From: a virus
Lineage: Duplodnaviria > Caudoviricetes
Direction: 5' to 3' (one strand)
Virus record (IMG/VR): IMGVR_UViG_3300005805_000400
Location: 1-26,550 of that record
DNA length: 26,550 nt
Shown: in pieces, positions 17,372 to 25,424 of the stretch
Layout: each line of letters begins with the position of its first letter
How positions within the stretch are numbered: position 1 is the first letter of the stretch
Notes under the pieces: model-generated
The model's input: the letters and a program-made list of their open reading frames with translations, nothing else
The model's database searches: none
What the model was told of the DNA's origin: nothing
Made by a program: the position numbers and the translations under genes

Positions 17372-18061
17372 TCATATGAACTGCTTATAATATTGTTCGA
17401 TCCTGCTATACCAGAGGTCTGTATACTTGTCGAATTCTGACCCTTCTACTATGAATTCCTGATATTGATTGTCTGCGCTGCACATGAAAACTACGCCCTT
17501 GCGTATCTTAGTACCAAAGACTTCGTTATGCGCTAATGCATATGCGGCTAACTGCAAGAAATAGTCATCGATCCATTCACGCTTTTTAGGCTTGTTTGTC
17601 TGCTTATGGTCCATGATGCATTCGATGTTATCATGCACTCCTACGAGGTCCGTAGTTCCTGCATAGACTTCGGGGAAGTAAAGGCTGACTTCTGTGCCCC
17701 AAAATTCCTGACATTTGCTCAGACCTTTGTCTATGATGGTCTGTGCCATCTGATGACTCTGTATGCTATAAGGATTCGTTCCCGGCTGCCCTGTATCACC
17801 GGTCTTGACATGATTCTCAAGCCACTTGTGCATGCGGGTACCGCGACCTGCAGCCTCAGTAGTAATCTGCTTGGCCTTCTCTTCGCCTACTCTTTTACGC
17901 CACTCTTGTAATGCCTTCTTCTTTTCTTCAGGCTTAGTGGCATCTAAGATAGTAGTGACGCTAGGAACTGCGTGACCATCCGGGGTCATGTATTTTCTTG
18001 ACCCGTTGACTGTTTCTCTTTTTAGTTCTTTATAGGGGAACTTGTTAGGTAAGTAAATCAA
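17372..18061 (-). CDS. PD-(D/E)XK superfamily exonuclease
   Basis: PSVTTIL, RGTRMH, E.SL, YAGTTDLV, IMDHKQ (DxK) and QLAAYA. Likely start is TTG at 18061, overlapping the iscA stop (TTGA). Confidence 0.85.
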   Translation of the reverse strand: MIYLPNKFPYKELKRETVNGSRKYMTPDGHAVPSVTTILDATKPEEKKKALQEWRKRVGEEKAKQITTEAAGRGTRMHKWLENHVKTGDTGQPGTNPYSIQSHQMAQTIIDKGLSKCQEFWGTEVSLYFPEVYAGTTDLVGVHDNIECIMDHKQTNKPKKREWIDDYFLQLAAYALAHNEVFGTKIRKGVVFMCSADNQYQEFIVEGSEFDKYTDLWYSRIEQYYKQFI

Positions 18062-18378
18062 ACTGTAAAACTCTCGCCGCAGCCGCATCTTGCTGATTCA
18101 TTAGGATTGATGAACTCGAATTTCTCATTCAATCCTTGCTTGATGTAATCAACAGTAGTACCATTGACATATGGGTATGCGTCTTTAGTTACCCATACAT
18201 ATAGGTTATCGTGAATAGATAGCATGTCTTCGCTTTTCCATTCATCGGCGAATTCGATCTTATAAGAATAACCGTTACAGCCTGTCTTAGTTATTCCCAA
18301 TCTTATACCTAACCCGCTTCCTCTTTGCTCTAATTGCTCAAGAAACCTTTTCTTGGCAGTATCGGTCAGTTTAATCAT
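18058..18378 (-). CDS. iscA: A-type Fe-S cluster carrier (IscA/HesB family)
   Basis: GCNGYSY and C-terminal NPN...CGCGESF, giving the three conserved Cys. Confidence 0.93.
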   Translation of the reverse strand: MIKLTDTAKKRFLEQLEQRGSGLGIRLGITKTGCNGYSYKIEFADEWKSEDMLSIHDNLYVWVTKDAYPYVNGTTVDYIKQGLNEKFEFINPNESARCGCGESFTV

Positions 18379-18424
18379 ATATGTAATTATACATCATGCT
18401 TGCATAAAAACTAAAGACATTTGG

Positions 18425-19357
18425 TCAAGTGAATTGAAATTTAAATCCTTTATTCGACAACCAGTAGTTTATTTCTCTGTAATGTTGTGGACCGCATCGC
18501 TCTAAATATCTTTTATGTAATCCAAACATTCTGACATTTTCGTTTATGTTCAATATACTTTGCGTACTATTAAATAAGTAGCCTGATGATATTAATTTTT
18601 GCTCTTCATCAAAACTTTCAGGGAATAAAGTATGATTGAATACAGGACTACCATTTTTCATTGTGTTGATCCCTGGTTGAATCAAATCATTGCACACCAA
18701 TGAATAATATAAGAATTCACTAGGACAGGTTATTTCTTTAATATCATTTTCATCTTTATAAAAGAGTAAATCTTGAAAAATTGTGTTTAGATTTATGCGG
18801 TCTACTAGAGTTTTATAATCAATTTTAAATGGTGTTCCTGGTACTAGAAACAATTTAGGTATTTCTTTTAAACCTAATCTGTCAGCATATATGTTTATAG
18901 TGGGGTTCCAACCTTTAGTAGCCATAGGTCTTACTAAAAAATCTTTATCTTGTTCAAGAATTTCTGCATTATCTTCTTGTACTTCTAAATATCCGGATCC
19001 GATAAGATCATCAAATAGATGAAAATCAAATTCTTGTATCAAAAAGTTTTTAGCATCTAATAATATATAATCGTCCTGTATGATCTTACTTGCAAGTAAT
19101 TTCAGTACCTGTTGAGTAGCCCAGCCCCTAGTAGTTCTTATTAAAGGATCATTACTAAGATATCTCCTAGGTATAATATAAAGTTCATGATGTTCATAAT
19201 ATCTTTTTATGTAATCATACCATCCATGAACATCTACATCTTCTTCGTTTACTATCACCCAGTGCCGACATGGTTTACAGTAATTTTGCAAACTTTCTGC
19301 TTGCAGTCTCAATAAATGTTGTTCTAAATTATATGTTATAGTTACTAAATTTATCAT
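18425..19357 (-). CDS. Glycosyltransferase-like / DUF6492-like protein
   Basis: GWATQQVLKL...DDYILLDAKN pattern resembling a GT-A-like nucleotide-sugar fold. Start at 19357 gives an ATGA overlap with the upstream gene. Confidence 0.5.
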   Translation of the reverse strand: MINLVTITYNLEQHLLRLQAESLQNYCKPCRHWVIVNEEDVDVHGWYDYIKRYYEHHELYIIPRRYLSNDPLIRTTRGWATQQVLKLLASKIIQDDYILLDAKNFLIQEFDFHLFDDLIGSGYLEVQEDNAEILEQDKDFLVRPMATKGWNPTINIYADRLGLKEIPKLFLVPGTPFKIDYKTLVDRINLNTIFQDLLFYKDENDIKEITCPSEFLYYSLVCNDLIQPGINTMKNGSPVFNHTLFPESFDEEQKLISSGYLFNSTQSILNINENVRMFGLHKRYLERCGPQHYREINYWLSNKGFKFQFT

Positions 19358-20157
19358 TTGATATTCCATCGTGTTTTCATCAAGGCTCTGTATTTTTCTG
19401 CAAGATACACTTGTCCAATTGGTTTAGTATGATAGCCTGGATCTTTCATATCTTCGGAATCTAATTTATATTCAGGTTTAGTATGAGTCACACATGGACA
19501 AAATTCAGAATCAGTGACATAATATTTTTTAGGTAATAAAGGCATTTTTTCATTTCCCTGCCACAATGATAATGTAGGAATTAATACAAATGGGATTTCG
19601 TTTTTTACAAGTTCCAGACACCCTTGTTCTATGATCCATTTATCCTGTTGTTTTTTCCATCCTGAATCATATAGATATGAAACATAATCTTTTACTGCTT
19701 GTTGTGCTTCATGAGTGATAGCATTTTTTCTTCTATATGCATGATCCCAATTATGTACTAAACTATTATAATTTTCACAAATCAATGCGGGATTTTTTGC
19801 ATGTTTATGATTGATATTATCATATCCCCTATTAGGATCATACAAGGAAGGAGACCTTGTTATAAAATCTAATGTTTGCCATATTACATTTGACCAGTCT
19901 ACTTTTAAATTAGAAATAGGAATCTCGGTTCTGTCATAAAAAGTCGGAATGATTATTGCAAAATTTGGTTTTTGTTTGATGACCTCTTCTATTTGCAACC
20001 GTATACCACCATTACTGCACCCTGCATATGCAAGGTTAACCAAATCCCAGTCTAACATCTTAGCCAATACTTCGCTAAAACTGGTTTCCTTATATTCTAG
20101 TGCTACTGTGGTGGCAGAAAAACTGCATCCACATACCATCAATTTCTTTCTAGTCAT
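19354..20157 (-). CDS. SGNH/GDSL-like hydrolase or acyltransferase
   Basis: Block I VCGCSFS, block II NLAYAGCSN, C-terminal DPGYH. Confidence 0.65.
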   Translation of the reverse strand: MTRKKLMVCGCSFSATTVALEYKETSFSEVLAKMLDWDLVNLAYAGCSNGGIRLQIEEVIKQKPNFAIIIPTFYDRTEIPISNLKVDWSNVIWQTLDFITRSPSLYDPNRGYDNINHKHAKNPALICENYNSLVHNWDHAYRRKNAITHEAQQAVKDYVSYLYDSGWKKQQDKWIIEQGCLELVKNEIPFVLIPTLSLWQGNEKMPLLPKKYYVTDSEFCPCVTHTKPEYKLDSEDMKDPGYHTKPIGQVYLAEKYRALMKTRWNIK

Positions 20158-20190
20158 GTGGATATTTAATATATCTGTGCAGATTAAAAA

Positions 20191-20532
20191 TTATTTCATG
20201 GCATTTTGTGCCATTTTATCAACTACTTCTTTACCTTGTTCCGGCGGAGGAGGAGGTTCCGTTTTTTGTGTGGGTGTTAATCCCTTAAATACTACCTCAT
20301 CCCCTTGTATATTTGAAATTACAGTATTCAACGGTCTTTTTTGTATCATACCATAAAGATCATCATTGCTTAACACCAGTTGACCATCTGAAACTTTTCT
20401 AAAAAAGTCCTTTAATTGTTGCACTGTAATGTTTTGCTTTATGTCGCCCTTATCCAAGGCTGACTTCAGTTGATCTGTCGCTGCGATCAACCTTACAAGT
20501 TGAGGATCAGTGGCTAGTTCAAAGAGGCGCAT
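20191..20532 (-). CDS. Hypothetical protein (113 aa), possible head-associated protein
   Basis: MRLFEL start. Begins 3 nt after the upstream stop. Confidence 0.7.
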   Translation of the reverse strand: MRLFELATDPQLVRLIAATDQLKSALDKGDIKQNITVQQLKDFFRKVSDGQLVLSNDDLYGMIQKRPLNTVISNIQGDEVVFKGLTPTQKTEPPPPPEQGKEVVDKMAQNAMK

Positions 20533-20535
20533 TAA

Positions 20536-21252
20536 TTACCTCTTTTCTCTGCCGACCCCACCTTCTGGACCTGCTTCTGGTTCTTCTTCTGGCATCTCAG
20601 GACCGACTTCTGCATCTAGTTCTGCGCCCATCATTTCTTCGCCGCCGGCTGCATCAGGTTGTGTTGCTATGTCTGTCACAGCCATCTCTTCACCGCCCGC
20701 TGGTGCTGCACCTAGTGCTGCCATATCACCTTGACCAGTCATAGCATTCATGGCAGTTTGCAATGATTGCTTGCTTTGGCTCAATGTCTGATTCAATGTA
20801 GTCAATGATTCACTTGCTGCTTGATTAAATGCTGTTGATTCGTTAACACCGATCTCACTTTGGATGCTATCAGTCAATGCAGGTAATTCCTTAACAAGCA
20901 TGTCATTGACTTCTTCAATCATCTTCTGAAGGCTATTGATCATGTCTTGTGCTGCGAGGATAACCTGTGACTTTTCAACTTCTTGGTTCTCTACAACGAT
21001 CTTGGCTTCTTTAGTTGACTTGTAATGCTCAGTCAATGCCTGTGACATGAATACAAGTTTCATGAATGCAGGTTGTGTCTGATTCTTATAGAAATCAGGC
21101 TGTGCCTTTGCCTCCTTGATAAGTCCATATACTCTTTCAAGCATAGACTTAGTTTGGGCTCGGCTTAGTTTAGTGACATCGAAACCGACATCAAAATTCT
21201 CTTTTAGTGCTTTTAAGGCAACATGCTTTTTGTCAAAATCGTTTAGTTTCAT
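20536..21252 (-). CDS. Hypothetical helical protein with acidic tail (238 aa), possible prohead core/scaffold
   Basis: TAAATA box at 21279-21284, GGA SD, coiled-coil middle and Glu/Pro/Ala-rich tail. Confidence 0.65.
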   Translation of the reverse strand: MKLNDFDKKHVALKALKENFDVGFDVTKLSRAQTKSMLERVYGLIKEAKAQPDFYKNQTQPAFMKLVFMSQALTEHYKSTKEAKIVVENQEVEKSQVILAAQDMINSLQKMIEEVNDMLVKELPALTDSIQSEIGVNESTAFNQAASESLTTLNQTLSQSKQSLQTAMNAMTGQGDMAALGAAPAGGEEMAVTDIATQPDAAGGEEMMGAELDAEVGPEMPEEEPEAGPEGGVGREKR

Positions 21253-21292
21253 GGTGTTAATTCCATTATTAATAGATGTATTTATCAGAATC

Positions 21293-21745
21293 CTATGACT
21301 TTGCGTCCTGGTATTCTTTATACTTGTTGGTCTGTATATACTTAGAGACAGATAGATATTGCTCTAGTTCCTGTAGAAACTTGCGTTTCTTGAGTTTTTC
21401 TTCATTTAGTTTAGCGACATATATAAACTTGTCAGGGACAGAGGACTTCTTTACCATCTTTTCATGCTGTGCTATATTGACATTCAAAGACCCTATGCAT
21501 CTGTCTAATTCGCATAGTCGTTTAGTTTCCTTATCTTTACGATTCTTATCAAATACACAGTATGTCACTGCGTATCTTAGGTTGGAAAATTCTATAGGTA
21601 AAACATATGGATCATTTATATATGACACATAATATAACTCACCTGTTTTAGCGATCAAATATGTACCGAATATATTATAACTTCCATCGTCTTCTTGTAC
21701 GATGAATAGTTCTTTTATATCTTTATAAATGTTATGTTTATTCAT
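21293..21745 (-). CDS. Hypothetical protein
   Basis: ORF present. Start set at ATG 21745, which is 5 nt after TAAATA (21751-21756). Confidence 0.65.
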   Translation of the reverse strand: MNKHNIYKDIKELFIVQEDDGSYNIFGTYLIAKTGELYYVSYINDPYVLPIEFSNLRYAVTYCVFDKNRKDKETKRLCELDRCIGSLNVNIAQHEKMVKKSSVPDKFIYVAKLNEEKLKKRKFLQELEQYLSVSKYIQTNKYKEYQDAKS

Positions 21746-21746
21746 A

Positions 21747-22190
21747 CTAATATTTAGCAAAAAAGATGTTCCTAGTTTCAGAAGTTATATCAAGCATATC
21801 GCCCGCTTTAGCCCATTGCGTGTCGCATCGTATCATGGGCACACCCTGACAATCTTTATAGAGTGCGCCCAATTCTATAATACCATCTTCAAAAACGCTG
21901 CTATGTTGTATCTCAAAATCAAAAGTCCATACAGGTACATTTTTACTTTTAAAAGTATAACCAAAATACTCAATATCATTTAGATCCATCAACTTCATCT
22001 GGGGATCCTTAGTAACATCCGGCTGGGCTCTTAAAGATATAACCTGTAATATAGTATCAAAGTTACACTGAGTGTTGCGCTTCCTAAACCAGTCATTATT
22101 ATCAGTCACCTCAGTGCCTGGCCTAGCACGGTTCAACACCCCTGTTTTAGTGATGTCGAACAATGTATAACATGATAGTCTTTGACTCAT
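21747..22190 (-). CDS. Hypothetical protein (147 aa)
   Basis: ORF with TLFDITKTGV and TQCNFDTILQVISLRAQP. TAAATA box 4 nt upstream (22195-22200). Confidence 0.75.
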   Translation of the reverse strand: MSQRLSCYTLFDITKTGVLNRARPGTEVTDNNDWFRKRNTQCNFDTILQVISLRAQPDVTKDPQMKLMDLNDIEYFGYTFKSKNVPVWTFDFEIQHSSVFEDGIIELGALYKDCQGVPMIRCDTQWAKAGDMLDITSETRNIFFAKY

Positions 22191-22207
22191 CCTGTATTTA
22201 CAGCCAC

Positions 22208-22234
22208 AAAAAAGCCCGAGAATAAATCTCGGGC
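22208..22234 (-). terminator. Intrinsic terminator after the 129-aa gene
   Basis: Minus strand GCCCGAGA-TTTAT-TCTCGGGC-TTTTTT. Confidence 0.88.
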
Positions 22235-22261
22235 CCTTTGTTGTTTAACTTAAACTAACTA

Positions 22262-22651
22262 TTAGTTAGTGAAAGTTGCTGAGGCTGCGATTGATACTGC
22301 TTCGCCTGCTGCTGAAGTGATAGCAGCATCTAAAGTACCAGTGCCAGTTGCTGTTACATCGCCCCATGCGCCTGTTGGGTACATGGCAACTGCTAATGTG
22401 TCATTAGTGTCAGTTGTGAACTCATAGATGTAAACTGTTGCTAACTGCTGAATTGCCTGGATAGTTGCATTAACCTGTGCACCAGTTGTACCTGTGCCAG
22501 TGAAAGTTACTGTGAAGTACTCTAACTTTGGGCCTTGTGGCTGTACAGTTAGACCTGAAGAAACAGCGTTAACGCCAGTGTTTGTGTAGTCTGGTTGGTC
22601 AAGCCACATAACTGGCTTAAGATCACCATTAACTCTTGTAAATTGTGCCAT
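22262..22651 (-). CDS. Small, probably abundant virion protein (129 aa)
   Basis: Own TAAATA box (22695-22700), AGGAG SD, own terminator, Thr/Ala/Gly-rich. Confidence 0.72.
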   Translation of the reverse strand: MAQFTRVNGDLKPVMWLDQPDYTNTGVNAVSSGLTVQPQGPKLEYFTVTFTGTGTTGAQVNATIQAIQQLATVYIYEFTTDTNDTLAVAMYPTGAWGDVTATGTGTLDAAITSAAGEAVSIAASATFTN

Positions 22652-22728
22652 TTTAAAATCTCCTAATGTTGTGAACCCTTAAGGCTCATACTATTATTTA
22701 TTCCTTAGGAGAAAAAAGTTGGTTTTGG

Positions 22729-23904
22729 CTAGCGTTGGCCAGCAAGATTTTGGGCACTAAATCCCATACGGTCTACGAATTTTAGACCCTGACTAACAAA
22801 CCCTTCTTGGCTTTGCTTGCCTGATTGTAGATAGCCCTTGACAGGACTCTGCTCTGCTGCTGCCGCTAACTGATCTACTACACTTTGTTTTAGTGCATAG
22901 ACAGCAGCCCATATAGTGAATAATCCAACTATACCTGCTTTATTAGCATTGATATGATCTGTCAACTTTTGCTTCATGCTAGGAGTCATCGGTCTGCTCT
23001 CAAAATAGTCCATGAACTTCTCGCTCATGTTGCTGACATCTCCTGCAACGATCTGTTTATTGATGAAGGTCGTGAATAACTGATTGAATGTGTTTCTTGC
23101 TTGAGGTGCTGTAGATAATAGTTTCTCTGCTGCTGCGCCATGTTTGCTTATAGCGTTCTCAGCGTTCTTGACCAACTTAGCATCTAACTTTACATTAGGT
23201 GTAGTAGGCATAGCACTAGGAACTATAGCGACATCACCATCATTTTTTAATTGTCCTATAGTACCATTTAATGGTTTAGCGTCATCGGTAGTTGCTGCTT
23301 CAGAATCTAGGTATTGGTGAACTGCTATACCCGCTTTCTTACCTGTGAGCAACTTACCTATGTCGCTATCGACATCAACAGTATATGCTATACCGTTAGG
23401 ATTCGCCCTGAATTTATACAGGCCTTTTTCATCTTTGAGCGGACTGCCGAAGAGCAAGTCGCCCCAGTAGTACCCCTTTGTTCCTTCGCTTGCTTTTTGT
23501 AGACCTGACCATATATTTGTAATGATCCCATTAAGTTCAGCACGGTCAACCCCCCTCGCTTTATCGTAGTTTATGAAATCTTGCGGGCTATAAATCTTTC
23601 TACCTGTGCCATCAGACTTGTTGAACATGTGCTTATCCATGATGCTAAACTTAGCATCTGGACCATGGCCAAATATCAATGCGGGATAGCCGTCCCACTT
23701 GATAGTGATTGCTTTAGGATTTTTTGCTGTGGTAGCGATTGCTTGTAAAGCACGATTGGCACCCTTAGTGCCGTCTAGTACTATCAAGTCTTCAGGGTGA
23801 TCTAGATGACCTTTAGCCTCTTGCAAAAGTCTTGCGTCGGCTTGTAGTCTTCTTAAGGATTCTCTCACATGTTGAAAGAATTCTGACTCACTACTAAAAT
23901 TCAT
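22729..23904 (-). CDS. DUF6267-like protein with ligase/nucleotidyltransferase-type motifs
   Basis: HLDHPEDL, TIKWDGYP (KxDG), YWGDLLF, QEGFV and LKFVDR. Start set at ATG 23904, just after the upstream stop. Confidence 0.6.
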   Translation of the reverse strand: MNFSSESEFFQHVRESLRRLQADARLLQEAKGHLDHPEDLIVLDGTKGANRALQAIATTAKNPKAITIKWDGYPALIFGHGPDAKFSIMDKHMFNKSDGTGRKIYSPQDFINYDKARGVDRAELNGIITNIWSGLQKASEGTKGYYWGDLLFGSPLKDEKGLYKFRANPNGIAYTVDVDSDIGKLLTGKKAGIAVHQYLDSEAATTDDAKPLNGTIGQLKNDGDVAIVPSAMPTTPNVKLDAKLVKNAENAISKHGAAAEKLLSTAPQARNTFNQLFTTFINKQIVAGDVSNMSEKFMDYFESRPMTPSMKQKLTDHINANKAGIVGLFTIWAAVYALKQSVVDQLAAAAEQSPVKGYLQSGKQSQEGFVSQGLKFVDRMGFSAQNLAGQR

Positions 23905-23908
23905 GATA

Positions 23909-25162
23909 TTAGACTGGTTCTTTTTTGTCTTGAGTCTTACCCATATCACTTTGTGCAAATGCAATCATAGCGATATTCTGTAAGTCTTTAGCGATAGTAC
24001 CACCTTTATAACTCTTGCCCATGTTGTCAAGAATTTTTTGTATCTGTGGCATTGCCGCAGTCAAGTCGATACCCTTCAAGAAATTCTTCATGAATGTATC
24101 GTTAAACCATGTACCTATATATGGCTTACCTGACGCTGCCGGGGCAGCCGGCGCATTTGCTGCTGGGGCTGCTGCTGGAGCCGCAGTAGGATTCGCTCCT
24201 GGTGGGACCTGTAGATTGTCAGGACCCTGTGGTGCCGCGGCTGGTTTCTTTCCAAAGAAGCCCTTGACTTTATCAAGTATTCCTTCGTTAGTGCTATTCT
24301 CTAATAATGTCTTAAACTTTGTGATGACTATGCTAGGATGATGTCCTGATTCAAGCACTTTCTGTCTAAACTTTTCTTCTGTGATCAACTTGACAAGGAT
24401 CTGGAACATTCTCTCTTCTTGAATGCTTTTATTCTTGACACCCTTAGCATGTTGAGCCATGAACTGCTTGTGCAAGTCTTTGACATCATATCCGGCAGCA
24501 TTTGCCTTGAGAATTCTGTCACCCACTCTTAATAGATAATCTTTGTTTAGGCTTACCTTACCTAGATCGGATGCAATCTCTTTAGCCATCTTGCTCTCAG
24601 GAGGAAGCGGCTTAGTGCCTGCGGGTTGTAATTGTCTCATTGCGCTAACGATCTTGTCTACATTCTGATCGATCTGTGGCTTAGCAACTCCCTGCTTTTG
24701 ACCTGTAGCAATCGCTTGGTTACCGGGTGCTTGACCTTTCTTTACTGAAGCGGCGGCGCCTGCTGCTGATCCTGGGGCAGGGGCTGCGCCGGCCCCACCT
24801 TGCGCGCCTGCTGCGGGTGCTGCTCCCGGCGTACCTTGCGCGCCTGCTGCGGGTGCTGCTCCCGGCGTACCTTGCGCGCCTGCTGCCGGTTCTGCTGCAT
24901 CTTGTGCACCTGCTGCGGGCGCTGCGCCCGAGGGGTTTAGGTCTACTATGCCCTGCTCTACAGCAGTCTTGATGCTATTAAGACCTCTAGTGACGAACTT
25001 CTTTACGAAAATGTCTTGTGTTAATTGATCTTCGCGGCTTAGGCCAGACTTTTTGCTACCTGCGATAGCGCCGGGAACACCTGCAGTATCCGGGGCACTG
25101 CTGCTGAATTCGCTACCGCGGCTAAATAAATTTTGAAACATATTAAGTTCATCAATTCTCAT
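23909..25162 (-). CDS. Ala/Pro/Gly low-complexity protein (417 aa), putative internal head protein
   Basis: MRIDEL start, two AP-rich linkers, clustered (I/L/V)xE sites. Confidence 0.7.
   Translation of the reverse strand: MRIDELNMFQNLFSRGSEFSSSAPDTAGVPGAIAGSKKSGLSREDQLTQDIFVKKFVTRGLNSIKTAVEQGIVDLNPSGAAPAAGAQDAAEPAAGAQGTPGAAPAAGAQGTPGAAPAAGAQGGAGAAPAPGSAAGAAASVKKGQAPGNQAIATGQKQGVAKPQIDQNVDKIVSAMRQLQPAGTKPLPPESKMAKEIASDLGKVSLNKDYLLRVGDRILKANAAGYDVKDLHKQFMAQHAKGVKNKSIQEERMFQILVKLITEEKFRQKVLESGHHPSIVITKFKTLLENSTNEGILDKVKGFFGKKPAAAPQGPDNLQVPPGANPTAAPAAAPAANAPAAPAASGKPYIGTWFNDTFMKNFLKGIDLTAAMPQIQKILDNMGKSYKGGTIAKDLQNIAMIAFAQSDMGKTQDKKEPV
24797..24886. repeat. Perfect 36-bp coding tandem repeat, 2.5 copies
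   Basis: ACCTTGCGCGCCTGCTGCGGGTGCTGCTCCCGGCGT at 24797 and 24833, partial at 24869. Encodes TPGAAPAAGAQG. Confidence 0.95.
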
Positions 25163-25397
25163 GGTTCTTCCTCAGTGTTCTAGAAAAACGATGTGTATCT
25201 TTAGACTTGATTGCCCCCAAAAGTTTCCTTTCAAGCACTTCTGCTTTTTCAGCACTATAGTGACGATTGATAAGTTCTATTAGGTTAATGGCGCTGGTTA
25301 TGACATTATGGGCACGGCTTTCAATAACATGCCCTAAATCACGATTATTGCCTATGGCCTCTAACTCTTCTAAAAGGGTTTTAGTACGCTTTTCCAT
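25152..25397 (-). CDS. Hypothetical protein (81 aa)
   Basis: TAAATA (25403-25408) 5 nt upstream of the ATG. Overlaps the next gene. Confidence 0.75.
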   Translation of the reverse strand: MEKRTKTLLEELEAIGNNRDLGHVIESRAHNVITSAINLIELINRHYSAEKAEVLERKLLGAIKSKDTHRFSRTLRKNHEN

Positions 25398-25424
25398 ATA
25401 GATATTTATCTAGAAATGGATCTT

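Noticed and set aside
17372-18061. Cas4 call for the nuclease
   Set aside because: No four-Cys Fe-S motif and no CRISPR context.
24797-24886. 36-bp repeats as a CRISPR array
   Set aside because: Copies are directly adjacent with no spacers and are in-frame coding.
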